A stretch of DNA of 60,216 bases, counting the filler. It is 7 parts of 7 records of this genome, joined end to end, with 100 filler letters (N's around TTAATTAATTAA, not from the genome) between each part and the next. Parts side by side here need not be neighbours in the genome. Positions count along the whole stretch, not along the records: positions 41,283 to 53,117 come from SRR31147125_200; 6 more parts are not named here. One strand, given 5' to 3'. The notes beneath the pieces were generated by a model. It searched no databases, had not been told where the DNA came from, and was given only the letters and a program-made list of their open reading frames with translations. Made by a program: the position numbers and the translations under genes. Below are positions 43,026 through 52,621 of the stretch, one piece after another (within the stretch, counting starts at the first letter, position 1; each line of letters begins with the position of its first letter).

Positions 43026-43454
43026 ATGATTACAGATTACTACAAATTGCCATTACGTTTAGGCGATGTTAGCCGGAAAAAGGAACATCCTAAATGTACT
43101 TTGCACGAATCGGTTGCCGGAATGGTACATTTAATAGCCATAACCTATTTTGGCGAATGTAAACACGACGAAACTTTTGGATGCGAAATTTGGGAGCACG
43201 ATTTCGAAAACATAAGCAATTCGCAAAAGCACAGACAAAAACTTATCAGCTCCGTTCAAAATACCATAAAAAAACAAGAATCGCGTCTTAGTAACATTTC
43301 TGTAGATATACAGTTAGAACAGATTGACTATACAATGTATCAGAGACGGATTAAGAGCAGGATAAAACTTAGAGTGAAAGGTAATTTAACTTTGACAAAC
43401 GAAGCTTTTTTACATACCGACGAGTTTTTTATTGGCCCATTATCATATTATTAA
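43026..43454 (+). CDS. tssE: T6SSiii baseplate gp25-like TssE
   Basis: YYKLPL, T.FGE...D..FGCEIWE.DF and FFIGPLSY. Confidence 0.88.
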   Translation: MITDYYKLPLRLGDVSRKKEHPKCTLHESVAGMVHLIAITYFGECKHDETFGCEIWEHDFENISNSQKHRQKLISSVQNTIKKQESRLSNISVDIQLEQIDYTMYQRRIKSRIKLRVKGNLTLTNEAFLHTDEFFIGPLSYY

Positions 43455-43460
43455 ACCGAA

Positions 43461-45320
43461 ATGCAGGAATCAAAAGAAAAAATAAGTAGCAGAATGATTA
43501 AGAATGCTTCCATATTGTGGGGCTTTCAGGATACGCAGTCTGAAAGTTCATTCGACCCGGTGGTTGGATTAATTCTTGGAGCATTGGCCAACGAACTGGC
43601 AAAAATTTCTACCGATATTAATACCGTAGAAGCACGAATCCTGGAGAAATTAGTCGATTTGCTTACTCCCGAACCTATAACCGGGCCTTTTCCTGCACAT
43701 GCTCTTGTTAGGGCAAAAACGGTAGAGCCAATTTTTGAAATAAATTCCGATTATCAGTTTTATCTAAACAAACGATACATAAATCCGGGCGAACATACTG
43801 CCAACGAAAAACCTGTGTTTTTTACTCCGGCCGGCAACTATAAATTATTTAACGGGCAGCTTAAATATTTGGTTGCTGCATCAAAAATATATCAATACGA
43901 AAGCGAGCTTGAAAAGGAAGTTATTGCTGTCGCACGTTCTGCCAAGTCATTAAAAGCATCTGAAATTTGGTTGGGAGTAGAGTTAAATAACGATGTGGAT
44001 ACATTAGACGGATTATCTTTTTGTTTCGATCTGAGAAACGAAGCCTACGAAGAAAGTTTTTATGAATCGCTGGCAAAGGGAAAATGGACAGTTAATAATT
44101 CCGACGCCGATTTTAGGCCAGGTACGGCTAGTAATGCTTATAATCCCGATAGTCTTAGTTCGCTTTTAGATCAGGAACTTGATATTACGGCAAAGGTAAA
44201 TAGCCACGTAAATAGGTTTTATCAAAATAAGTTTCATACGCTTTCATCATCAAAATTTGTACGAGCAGAAGTAGATGACAACAATTTACCCAAAGAGTTT
44301 TATCCGATATTTTCTTCTGATGATTTAGGACAGATTGAAAGTAATATAGTCTGGGTAAAAGTAGAATTTCCACAAATACTACCTTCGGGGGTGTTCGATG
44401 ATTTGTTTTGTTCCATTAATTGTTTCCCGGCGGTTAACAGACATTTAAATGAGTTTACACAATCGTCGCGCGGGTTTATTAATATAATTCCTTTGTTAAC
44501 CGAAGAGGTGTTTTTTTCAATGAAACGAGTAAGCACCAGCGAAGGAAAAATTTTTGAGGAAAAATCGTTTGCCGGAATAGGAGATGTAGACGAAGGGGCG
44601 TTTATTATTCGTAACGGCGGGGTAGGGCGCTTCGATTCGAGAAATGCTGCCGAGTTAGTAAGTTATTTACTTGAATTATTACGCGACGAAAGTGCTGCCT
44701 TTTCAATTATGGGGGCCGATATGATTTCGTCGGATTTGAGAGAACTTAACCAAACAATTACACGTTTGGAACAGCGCCTGAGCAGCAGTAATGTTGTAAA
44801 AAAAGATATTCCTTATTTGCTGTTAAAAGCGCACCCCGACGACGATACTCTTTTTATTGAATTTTGGACAACCAGTGGCGAGTTTGCTAATAAAGTTAAA
44901 AGCGGCGAAAATTTATTTATTTACGAAGGTAGCGGTTTAGTTCCCGATAGTGTTATTATGGTTACAACTACCGTTGGCGGGCGCGAACGAATGGATACCG
45001 AGGAACGTATTAACGCATACCGAAAAGCGTTGCTGTCGCATGGGCGCGTGGTTACAAAAGAAGATATTAAAGCCCTTTGTTTCGAGCACATGGGAAAACA
45101 GCTTGAAAGAGTGGAGGTTAAGAAAGGCTTGAAAACCGGTAAAGCAACAGACAGTGGTTTTGTGCAAACACAGGATATTATTCTTACTTTAAACAAACAC
45201 GCCGATGAGGTTGATGAAGAGGAACTTAAATTTTTAAAGAAAGACTTGCTGGTTAAACTGGAAGAACAATCTGTTTGTATTTTTCCGTTTCGGTGTTTTA
45301 TTAACCAGTCTTCGGAATAG
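43461..45320 (+). CDS. tssF: T6SSiii baseplate subunit TssF
   Basis: KI..RMIKNA..LWG, FDPVV.L..GA, PAHA, NCFP.VNR, GG..RFD.RNA, LLRDESAAF and R.VT.EDIK. Confidence 0.9.
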   Translation: MQESKEKISSRMIKNASILWGFQDTQSESSFDPVVGLILGALANELAKISTDINTVEARILEKLVDLLTPEPITGPFPAHALVRAKTVEPIFEINSDYQFYLNKRYINPGEHTANEKPVFFTPAGNYKLFNGQLKYLVAASKIYQYESELEKEVIAVARSAKSLKASEIWLGVELNNDVDTLDGLSFCFDLRNEAYEESFYESLAKGKWTVNNSDADFRPGTASNAYNPDSLSSLLDQELDITAKVNSHVNRFYQNKFHTLSSSKFVRAEVDDNNLPKEFYPIFSSDDLGQIESNIVWVKVEFPQILPSGVFDDLFCSINCFPAVNRHLNEFTQSSRGFINIIPLLTEEVFFSMKRVSTSEGKIFEEKSFAGIGDVDEGAFIIRNGGVGRFDSRNAAELVSYLLELLRDESAAFSIMGADMISSDLRELNQTITRLEQRLSSSNVVKKDIPYLLLKAHPDDDTLFIEFWTTSGEFANKVKSGENLFIYEGSGLVPDSVIMVTTTVGGRERMDTEERINAYRKALLSHGRVVTKEDIKALCFEHMGKQLERVEVKKGLKTGKATDSGFVQTQDIILTLNKHADEVDEEELKFLKKDLLVKLEEQSVCIFPFRCFINQSSE

Positions 45321-45451
45321 TCTAGACTTCATAAAACCTGTGGTAGTAGCGTGGAAATTATTTGAAACGCAATTATGCAGGCTCTATTATAGTTACATAC
45401 GTTGTGATATACCAGGCAATATATTTTATTGTTCATATTAAAATTAAATGA

Positions 45452-45836
45452 TGTGAAAAACGTAATATTTTATCTGGTTTTTGCAGTTGCAATAATTGCC
45501 TTTGCTGCATGTTCTTCAAAAAAAAGTGTATCAAAATCTTCGTTGGAAACACCACTTGTTAGTACTTATACTGTCGATAATACCCAAAGTAGCAGTGATA
45601 CAACTGTTATTCAGGAAGAAATTGTTGAACCGAAACCCATAGTACATATTGTTAAAAAAGGCGAAAGTTTATGGGTAATTGCCCGAAGATATGGGGTTAC
45701 GGTAAAGGCTATTGCCGAAGCTAATAATATTGAAAATACCAGTTTAATTAAGATTAATAAGGAGTTGGTGATACCTGATAAAAAGAGGATTGATTTGGGA
45801 GCATATTTTCATAAAATATGGGTGCGTTTATATTAA
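45452..45836 (+). CDS. LysM-domain lipoprotein
   Basis: Lipobox FAAC; HIVKKGESLWVIARRYGVTVKAIAEANNI..I....LVIP LysM motif. Confidence 0.85.
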
Positions 45837-45994
45837 ATGCTTAACCAATTTTTAATGATATTCTCCGAATAAGGCCGAACCAAATAATACAAGCTTCGTA
45901 CCATTTAAAAAGTGGACACTTTCGATAGGTCTAGAATTAAACCATTCGTCTGTCTTAAACTATTTGAATTAATCTATACAAAAAGGAGAAACGT

Positions 45995-46408
45995 ATGGAA
46001 ATAGTACAAGATTTTCGATACAATCAAGGTCCAAAAGTAACGAAGTATATTCAAGGACTAAAAATTGCGGTTGCCAAATATGCAATGCAAGCATCTTGTG
46101 TTTATATTGGAATTACCGGCGATATTGATCAGCGTATGCAAAAGCATGTTAACAGATCGAAAAAAACAGAAAATGTTCTTCAGTCAAAAAATGGATGGAG
46201 CCGTATGATTGCCATTTACAATACCACGAATGCAGATGACGCAAAAGATGCAGAAAAATTATTAATCCGATTTCTAAGATCTTCCCCAATTCATGCTCAT
46301 AAATGCTTAAATAAAAGTATGGGAGGAGAGCTCAACGACTTATATAAACACTACTATATTTATATACTACTGGGGCCTGCCTATGTTAGACGGGCATATT
46401 GGGGATAA
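45995..46408 (+). CDS. GIY-YIG-like nuclease (apparently circularly permuted), putative effector
   Basis: Y37-I-G, R47, H51, E87, N106-x3-GG; C-terminal YYIYIL strand. Confidence 0.65.
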   Translation: MEIVQDFRYNQGPKVTKYIQGLKIAVAKYAMQASCVYIGITGDIDQRMQKHVNRSKKTENVLQSKNGWSRMIAIYNTTNADDAKDAEKLLIRFLRSSPIHAHKCLNKSMGGELNDLYKHYYIYILLGPAYVRRAYWG

Positions 46409-46540
46409 ATATTATCACTCAGATAATTTAGTGTTTTAATTGCTTTGTTTTTTGTGTAAATTATTGTACATTAAGGTTAATGAAAATGTTTGCAATCAAC
46501 TAACTCTGCAAAGTTTTCTAAATTAGAAAGGAGGATTAGT

Positions 46541-47404
46541 ATGATGCAATTTTATCATAAGATTATTACCCAATCTGCTCTTGGTCAATATGTTTCATAT
46601 GGAATTAGCCAAAGTGCACTAGACTTTATTAAAAGGGCAAATACGGATTCAGACACAGATGGTTATGATCATAATCCTCAACACTTTTGCTTCACTGGTA
46701 ATAATAATGACTTTAATGAAGGTCAAAAAAAATCCATAAGAGACGGCTTGGATTTTACCTCTAGAGCTCTGGCACTGGCTATAGATTATATATTTATGAG
46801 GAAAATGAAGAAAGACGAAATTTTTATTGGACTCTATTTTTTCGGACGTGCCTGCCATTGTATTCAGGATTTTTATTCACACTCTAACTGGATTTTTCTC
46901 GAGCAAAATGCTGATATGTGGGATGGAAAGGATACGGTAACGAGGTGGAGAAACGTAAAGGATGAAGTACAGAATATACCAAAAGTAATCAAAGTATGTA
47001 AAGAATCACCGATGTACAGGATATTTAATAAAGAGATTATTCTCTTATTTAATCCCGGCACTTATAGAAACATAAGTCATGGTGTGTTTAAATATAAAAA
47101 GGGGCTTGAAGATATACTAGCTTCTGAAACTATTGTACATCCCAGAATGCATCTCGATTATCCAGATTCATATGCCAGTTTGGTTCACTTTTGGACAAGA
47201 GGATATATAAAAGGGTATACTAGGGCATCTGAATGCGCAAAGACACATACAAAAGATCTCTGGAAGAATCTTGTATGTTTTCAGGACAAAGAAAAACTAG
47301 AGAAATTGAGAAAATACAGTATCCCAGTTGATATGATTTCTAGTCACAAATCTGACTGGGAAGACCTGCGATATATGTTCAATACTGAGATGCAAATTTC
47401 ATAA
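46541..47404 (+). CDS. Het-C / Zn-dependent phospholipase C (P1 nuclease superfamily)-like protein, putative effector
   Basis: H..IT..AL, AN..SD, HF and GRACHCIQDFYSHSNW; RBS aggagg before 46541. Confidence 0.72.
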   Translation: MMQFYHKIITQSALGQYVSYGISQSALDFIKRANTDSDTDGYDHNPQHFCFTGNNNDFNEGQKKSIRDGLDFTSRALALAIDYIFMRKMKKDEIFIGLYFFGRACHCIQDFYSHSNWIFLEQNADMWDGKDTVTRWRNVKDEVQNIPKVIKVCKESPMYRIFNKEIILLFNPGTYRNISHGVFKYKKGLEDILASETIVHPRMHLDYPDSYASLVHFWTRGYIKGYTRASECAKTHTKDLWKNLVCFQDKEKLEKLRKYSIPVDMISSHKSDWEDLRYMFNTEMQIS

Positions 47405-47657
47405 CTCTGTTTTGCCCCACTTATTCATTCAGGGATGACATTTTCGGTAGAATTCAATTATTATACTGGAAATTAAAATGATCATACCCAGGGAGCAACA
47501 TAAAAATCAAAAGTTCCTCCGATGGTATTTATGGTACTATATTAAAAAACAAACTTTCATTCCCATCTACTAGGCTGTAATTTGAAAAAAGGCTCCAGCT
47601 ATAAAATAGCTAAATTCTTGGTGTTTTTGGTTTACACACTTTGTGAAACAGTGCTCG

Positions 47658-48248
47658 TTACCGACGTTGAATACCAATATTTGTGTGTTTATATTCATAA
47701 ATATCCGTAATTTTTCCTTGTTGATCTAATAGAAGCATACAACTTTCCACATATCTCGATCCAGCAGGCCAAAAAGAGTAGGAAACAATACTATTGCCCG
47801 GTTTTTTTCGAGGCATAACCCGCGATGATTCTATACGCCCTCTTAATTCCCACCCCTGTGAGAGATTATACTGTACACACTGGCCACCACCTTTGTAAAC
47901 ATGTAAAAAAGCTACCGATTCTCCGTTGTTTTTGGAAAGAATATGCCATTCGCAACCTCCATAATTATCACTATAGGCGTGTGTGTCCAGAGGCCTGCGC
48001 GGAGCTATTCCAACGGCAACATTATTTTGTATGTCTTTTACAAACAGGAAGTTTCGTGGATTGGTATCGGCTAATTGTAAAGCAGGAGTTCTGTTTTTTG
48101 TACTTCTGAAAATAAAAGAAGCATTGTACCAAGCCTCACTGCGTGCAACATTTGGCCCTGAAATAAGAGAATGAGTGGTACGTCTTGGCCGGATTGAGCC
48201 TAACCCATTTATGTATAGTCCCGGTTTAATTTGAGTAGGTAGAGGCAT
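47658..48248 (-). CDS. Putative CNF1/BLF1-like Cys-His deamidase effector
   Basis: SDNYGGC99-EWHIL...VAFLH116 resembles CNF1 SGNLSGC...H; last gene of the vgrG-PAAR run. Confidence 0.5.
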   Translation of the reverse strand: MPLPTQIKPGLYINGLGSIRPRRTTHSLISGPNVARSEAWYNASFIFRSTKNRTPALQLADTNPRNFLFVKDIQNNVAVGIAPRRPLDTHAYSDNYGGCEWHILSKNNGESVAFLHVYKGGGQCVQYNLSQGWELRGRIESSRVMPRKKPGNSIVSYSFWPAGSRYVESCMLLLDQQGKITDIYEYKHTNIGIQRR

Positions 48249-48278
48249 AAGTTGGATTGTCCTTTGCGGTTTTAAAAT

Positions 48279-49445
48279 TTATATTCCATCCCAAATATGA
48301 CCGGCTAATTTATGCCTGCGTTGAGAAGGATGATTTAAACCAAGTGTTGTGTCAAGTATAATAGATGCGTCGTTTGGATTAAAACCAAAATGATTAGCTA
48401 GTTCTTGGCCCATAATTCTATAATGTCTGGCTAGTGGTTTTTGGTTAGGATTGTTCATTATTCCAACTAGTTTGTCATTTTGATAGCCTTGTCCCCATGC
48501 ATGTGTTCTACCACTATAAGTAATATTATAGTATTCATCAGGGCAGCCTATAAAATGTCCAACTTCGTGGCAAATGCCACCTCCTGGTCCCACATCATCA
48601 ACTCCCCATCGCAAAGCGTCAATGGTTCCTCCAGGATTGCTTGCTGCTGCTTGTCCTGTTGTTTTTACAGCACATACTTCGGCACAAGCTTTCGCTGCAT
48701 CGTCAGTAAATTTGAACTCAAATTTTAAACGATAATATGTTTCTGTTCCATTTGTGGGATGATGAATAACCGCCGCTTTTCCCCACCAATCATTAATGTT
48801 TTTTGTCCAACGTTTTATGGTTTGTTCATTCAAGCTTGCACCTTGCACAAGACTGTGAGAGCCGTGTGCCGTAACGTCAAATGAATCTGCACTATATCCT
48901 TTGCTGGTCCAATATGTTTTGGCTGCAGCTCCTTGATGTACCTTTATTGGTAACGAAACTAATACTTCCCAGTCCTGCCTTCCTATACCTGTAGTAAGCA
49001 GATTAAACTTTAATGGCATATTTACAGAAATATCTGTGCCACCTGTCATTTGAAAAACCAGATTCTTATTTTTTCTTTTAACTACCCTGCTTTGTCGTGC
49101 CCTGCTTTTCTCTTTTATTTGGGCATTTAAACTGCCCATCGGGCTCGCTCCCAATACGACACTTTCTAGTGGAGGAACTTTTGAATATAGCCAATCAATC
49201 GCATTTTTATATTTATCAGCTTTAGTGGCATTATCTCGTTTAAAATTGTTAATTGCCGTCGCTAGTGCCTGAAGATCCTGCGGTCTATTGGGAAAATAAT
49301 TTGGCCCTCTCTTCGTAAAGCTATTTAAAGTATTCTGTATATGAATTAGACTTGATGTCTTAAACCAGCTAAGATGCCAGTTGCTTCTTTTTGCTTCTCT
49401 GTTAAAATCGTCTTTTAAACTCATTACATTATATTTTATTTTCAC
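48279..49445 (-). CDS. Zinc metalloprotease (HExGHxxGxxDEY), putative T6SS effector
   Basis: CHEVGHFIGCPDEYY plus a downstream GIMN Met-turn; start overlaps the PAAR stop (GTGA); no signal peptide. Confidence 0.75.
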   Translation of the reverse strand: MKIKYNVMSLKDDFNREAKRSNWHLSWFKTSSLIHIQNTLNSFTKRGPNYFPNRPQDLQALATAINNFKRDNATKADKYKNAIDWLYSKVPPLESVVLGASPMGSLNAQIKEKSRARQSRVVKRKNKNLVFQMTGGTDISVNMPLKFNLLTTGIGRQDWEVLVSLPIKVHQGAAAKTYWTSKGYSADSFDVTAHGSHSLVQGASLNEQTIKRWTKNINDWWGKAAVIHHPTNGTETYYRLKFEFKFTDDAAKACAEVCAVKTTGQAAASNPGGTIDALRWGVDDVGPGGGICHEVGHFIGCPDEYYNITYSGRTHAWGQGYQNDKLVGIMNNPNQKPLARHYRIMGQELANHFGFNPNDASIILDTTLGLNHPSQRRHKLAGHIWDGI

Positions 49446-49750
49446 CCTCCAATCAAAACAGTAGGAAATCCTACCGTAATAGAGCCGCCATGTGCAGTTT
49501 GGTCTCCCATTCGGGCAGCCGGGCGGCCTCCAATAAGTACAGTTGCCGAGCCTCTAACAATTTGAGCCGGAGGGCTGGCAGTACAAGTACAGTTATCGCC
49601 CATAACTGCGGCAGGTACTCCGCCAATTAATACGTTCAAAACTCCTGGCCCCATTATTGGTCCGCCAACGTGTGGTATTGGCGAAGGAAATGCCGGTGTT
49701 TGCATTGGGCAAACATGTAAATCGCCTATTCTGGCTGCGGGTTGTCCCAT
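49442..49750 (-). CDS. PAAR-domain spike-tip protein
   Basis: Three PAAR-type motifs (PAARIGD, PAAVMGD, PAARMGD) with His/Cys metal ligands. Confidence 0.95.
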   Translation of the reverse strand: MGQPAARIGDLHVCPMQTPAFPSPIPHVGGPIMGPGVLNVLIGGVPAAVMGDNCTCTASPPAQIVRGSATVLIGGRPAARMGDQTAHGGSITVGFPTVLIGG

Positions 49751-49755
49751 AATAA

Positions 49756-51596
49756 TTAATTAATCTTTATTAATCCTCCTTTTATTGTGGTTGTAGCACC
49801 GCCGTCTATTGTAGCACCAGCCGTTGCTTTAACGGCAACAGAGACGTCACTTTTAATTTCAGCGTTGACTCCACCTTCAGCCTTAAATTCAACCGTTGCC
49901 TTTTGTTCAATATCAATTGCTTCCATTTTTATTTTCCCACTGGCAGTGGTGAAATCCATATTGCTGTCTGCTTCCGCAAATATTTTTCCTTGTGCCGTTA
50001 GTGTAATATCACTCGAACTGTTCAATGTAATTCCTCCTGACGATAATTCAACAGAGTTTCCACTTTCGTCGCTAAGTTTAACCAATCCCTGATCGTCGCT
50101 TATAACCACTCTGTTACCGGCAGGTGTATCGAGGCTTGTAATTTTTTTCTCTTCATCAAATTCCATGCGCAGTCCGCTATTTGTAACAAGCCCTTTAAAG
50201 TTGTTATTATCGTTAGGCCAGGCACTGTTAGGTTTGTTCGACCCATTGTATAAACTTCCAATAACAAAGGGGCGCTCTGCATTTCCTGCGTCGAAACCAA
50301 CTAAAACTTCATCGTCGGGTTCGGGAATAAAAAAGAAGCCACGGTCGCCTCCCGAATAGGGATTAACAACTCTAATCCAATCTGAAGTTTGTCCTTCTTC
50401 CTGCCAGAAAAAATGAACTTTAATCCGTCCAAGTTTTTCCGGATCGCTATTGTTCATAACCTTAGCACTTTGCGAAGGGCTGGTTGGTACTAATTCAGGG
50501 TTTGCATAAGGAGGTATTTTTGCCTCGGCAGGTAATGCCGTAAAGCTGTTTTTATAGTTTAAAAGATTATCGCATTTATGTTGAATTGAGGTTATAATAT
50601 ATTCGCCATAATCAATTTCTCCGGCACCACTTTGTTTTGGTTCTTTTATGGTAATTTTTGTACCTGCCATCAACTTCATATTTTCGCTGGTGCCTTTTAT
50701 CTGGCACATATTCATCGATGTTCCCGAAGCTTTTGTATCAACCGAATCGTTTTGTGCCTTGGTTTCGTTGCCAGTCGGAACATTCAAGTGTGGAAAAAAC
50801 TGGCTGTCGGTTTGGCCCATTTGTTTCCACGATGTGTCGTGAGCAGTTTTACCAACTTCGTTAAGCTGCATTTTGCCCATGTTTTTATTGGCTGTAGTTT
50901 CAATAGCCTCGGCCGACATATAATTGTACGAGATGTATTTAAAACCGGGCGCTTTCATATTTATCGAGAAATCAAGCGTTAACAAATTCATTCCCAATAC
51001 TAAATCTTATAGTTTCCATTCGATTTTCCAAAAATGAATTCTTTACCATCATAAAACATCCATTCTCCGTGTCGGGCAGCTAATCTTTTTAAAAAGTCGA
51101 GATTATTTTCGTTGTATTTAACGCAATATGGTATTTGGTCGGTATAAACAGGATTTACATTTCGTGCCAAAACATCGTTAAAATAGGGTTTTAGAACAGC
51201 TTCTACAATTTGTTTCAACGTTTTATTTTCGAACGAACGGCATCCTGCATTATTATTAAGCATACATTCCGGACTGTATCCCGAAAGTACAATTAAATCC
51301 TCTTTATCAGTTTCCGATTTTATTGCTTTAACAGAATAAATTAGTCCTTTGTATATAAATCCGGGACTACTTTCCTGCCACCCTGCATTAAATGTTTCAA
51401 TTTTTATTATTGCAGTAGCTCCTACAAATTTTTTCGATGCATTTAAAATCGAGTCATCGGGATTCTCAAATGTATCCATGCGGCAGGTAATGGTAAATTC
51501 CTGCAGGTCGTGCATTTTTTGGTCGATATCGAAGCTTAAGAAATCTATAATCTCCTCGCCTCCAATTTCTATCTTAGCTGATGATGCAAATCCCAT
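49756..51596 (-). CDS. vgrG: VgrG (TssI) spike, split by a frameshift near 51000-51020
   Basis: gp27-like N-part (YNENNLDFLKRLA.RHGEWMFYDG) and gp5 OB-fold (DPEKLGRIKV.F.W, WIRV, FFIPEPDDEVLVGF...PFVIGSLYN). Confidence 0.92.
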
Positions 51597-51630
51597 AATT
51601 TCTTGTTCAGATTGTTAATACGCAGCATTA

Positions 51631-52038
51631 TTAAATTTCGTAGTTCGTCCAGTTGTTCACGTGTTCAGTTCCCGAAATTATTAGTTTCCTTGTTGATATA
51701 GTTATTTGGGTATTCATTTCTCCATCGCGGCTAAACGATTCGAAATAGTTTACACACCTGGCATCTTCAAATTCCAGGGTTTTAAAAATTTTTTGTCCCT
51801 CTTCTCCTGAAAAGAGTATGTGTCCCGATTTGTCTGATTTTGAGTTGAGCATCCAAAACATAATCTCGGAATCGTCGATGCTGGTAAATGTCAGGTCAAC
51901 TATTCCTCCCTTTACTTTTCCGGTGGTTAATCCACGAGAATCTACTTCCTGTCTAAAACTGTACTCGCATGATATAAGAGGAATCCCTTCACCCTCCAAA
52001 TCATGGCCATAAATATGTAAACTAGCAATTAATATCAT
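51631..52038 (-). CDS. tssD: T6SSiii tube protein TssD (Hcp)
   Basis: CEYSF.Q.VD..G....GG, WM....KSG.I.F, LEFEDA.CV.Y.ESF and NNW: canonical TssD pattern. Confidence 0.88.
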   Translation of the reverse strand: MILIASLHIYGHDLEGEGIPLISCEYSFRQEVDSRGLTTGKVKGGIVDLTFTSIDDSEIMFWMLNSKSDKSGHILFSGEEGQKIFKTLEFEDARCVNYFESFSRDGEMNTQITISTRKLIISGTEHVNNWTNYEI

Positions 52039-52063
52039 TTTCCCTTATTTCAAATAAATATGT

Positions 52064-52100
52064 AGCATTGAAAGGAGATTAAATAATTCCTTTCAATGCT
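52064..52100 (-). terminator. Strong stem-loop between the Hcp-like gene and tssD
   Basis: agcattgaaagga (52064-52076) / tcctttcaatgct (52088-52100), a 13-bp perfect stem. Confidence 0.75.
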
Positions 52101-52165
52101 TGTTGCAAATTCTCATAATACCACGGATATTTAGTTCCCGTGTATTTATGTGCAGTCGTGTAATC

Positions 52166-52582
52166 TTACCGTTGTTGCGTCATGTCTACCGGAACACCAT
52201 CAACCGTTACTTTTTGGGCTACCAAAGAAAGAGAAATTTGAGAACCGTATTCCGAAATTGATTCGTTGTAAGATTCAAGACAAACCTGCTCTAATTCAAA
52301 ATCTCTCGATTTAGCATCCATTTCCTGGGCGCTGATTCTGAAGGTAACTTTTGCTTTTACTTCGTGAGAAACCAACCATTGAATAAGTTTGGTTACCGAA
52401 TCTTTATCGGGTTCCATAATTGCAAACGAAAAAGGTGAAACCATTACCGGACCAAAAGTTATTTGTTTACTATTAGCCGAATTGGTAACATTTGCACTCG
52501 AATTATAACCAAAACTCAAGCCACCTTCTAATTCTAAGGGATTCGTTATCCCATCAACTTCACATTTAATTACAGTTGCCAT
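52166..52582 (-). CDS. Divergent Hcp/tail-tube-like protein
   Basis: 138 aa, directly after tssC; SFG..S, L.QW, ELE.V.L.SY.E and ISLSL.A.KV.V tube-fold pattern. Confidence 0.65.
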   Translation of the reverse strand: MATVIKCEVDGITNPLELEGGLSFGYNSSANVTNSANSKQITFGPVMVSPFSFAIMEPDKDSVTKLIQWLVSHEVKAKVTFRISAQEMDAKSRDFELEQVCLESYNESISEYGSQISLSLVAQKVTVDGVPVDMTQQR

Positions 52583-52621
52583 AATGCTTTAATTTTTAAT
52601 GATTTGTATAAAATATTGTCT

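Noticed and set aside
47658-48248. Interpretation as the immunity protein for the upstream metalloprotease
   Set aside because: The position fits, but it has no signal or lipoprotein peptide and carries an enzyme-like Cys/His motif. Disfavoured, not excluded.
49756-51596. Naturally split VgrG (gp27 and gp5 as separate genes, as in eCIS or phage)
   Set aside because: The break falls inside the gp27-like region rather than at the gp27/gp5 boundary, the downstream frame is open across the junction, and indel errors are common in this data.
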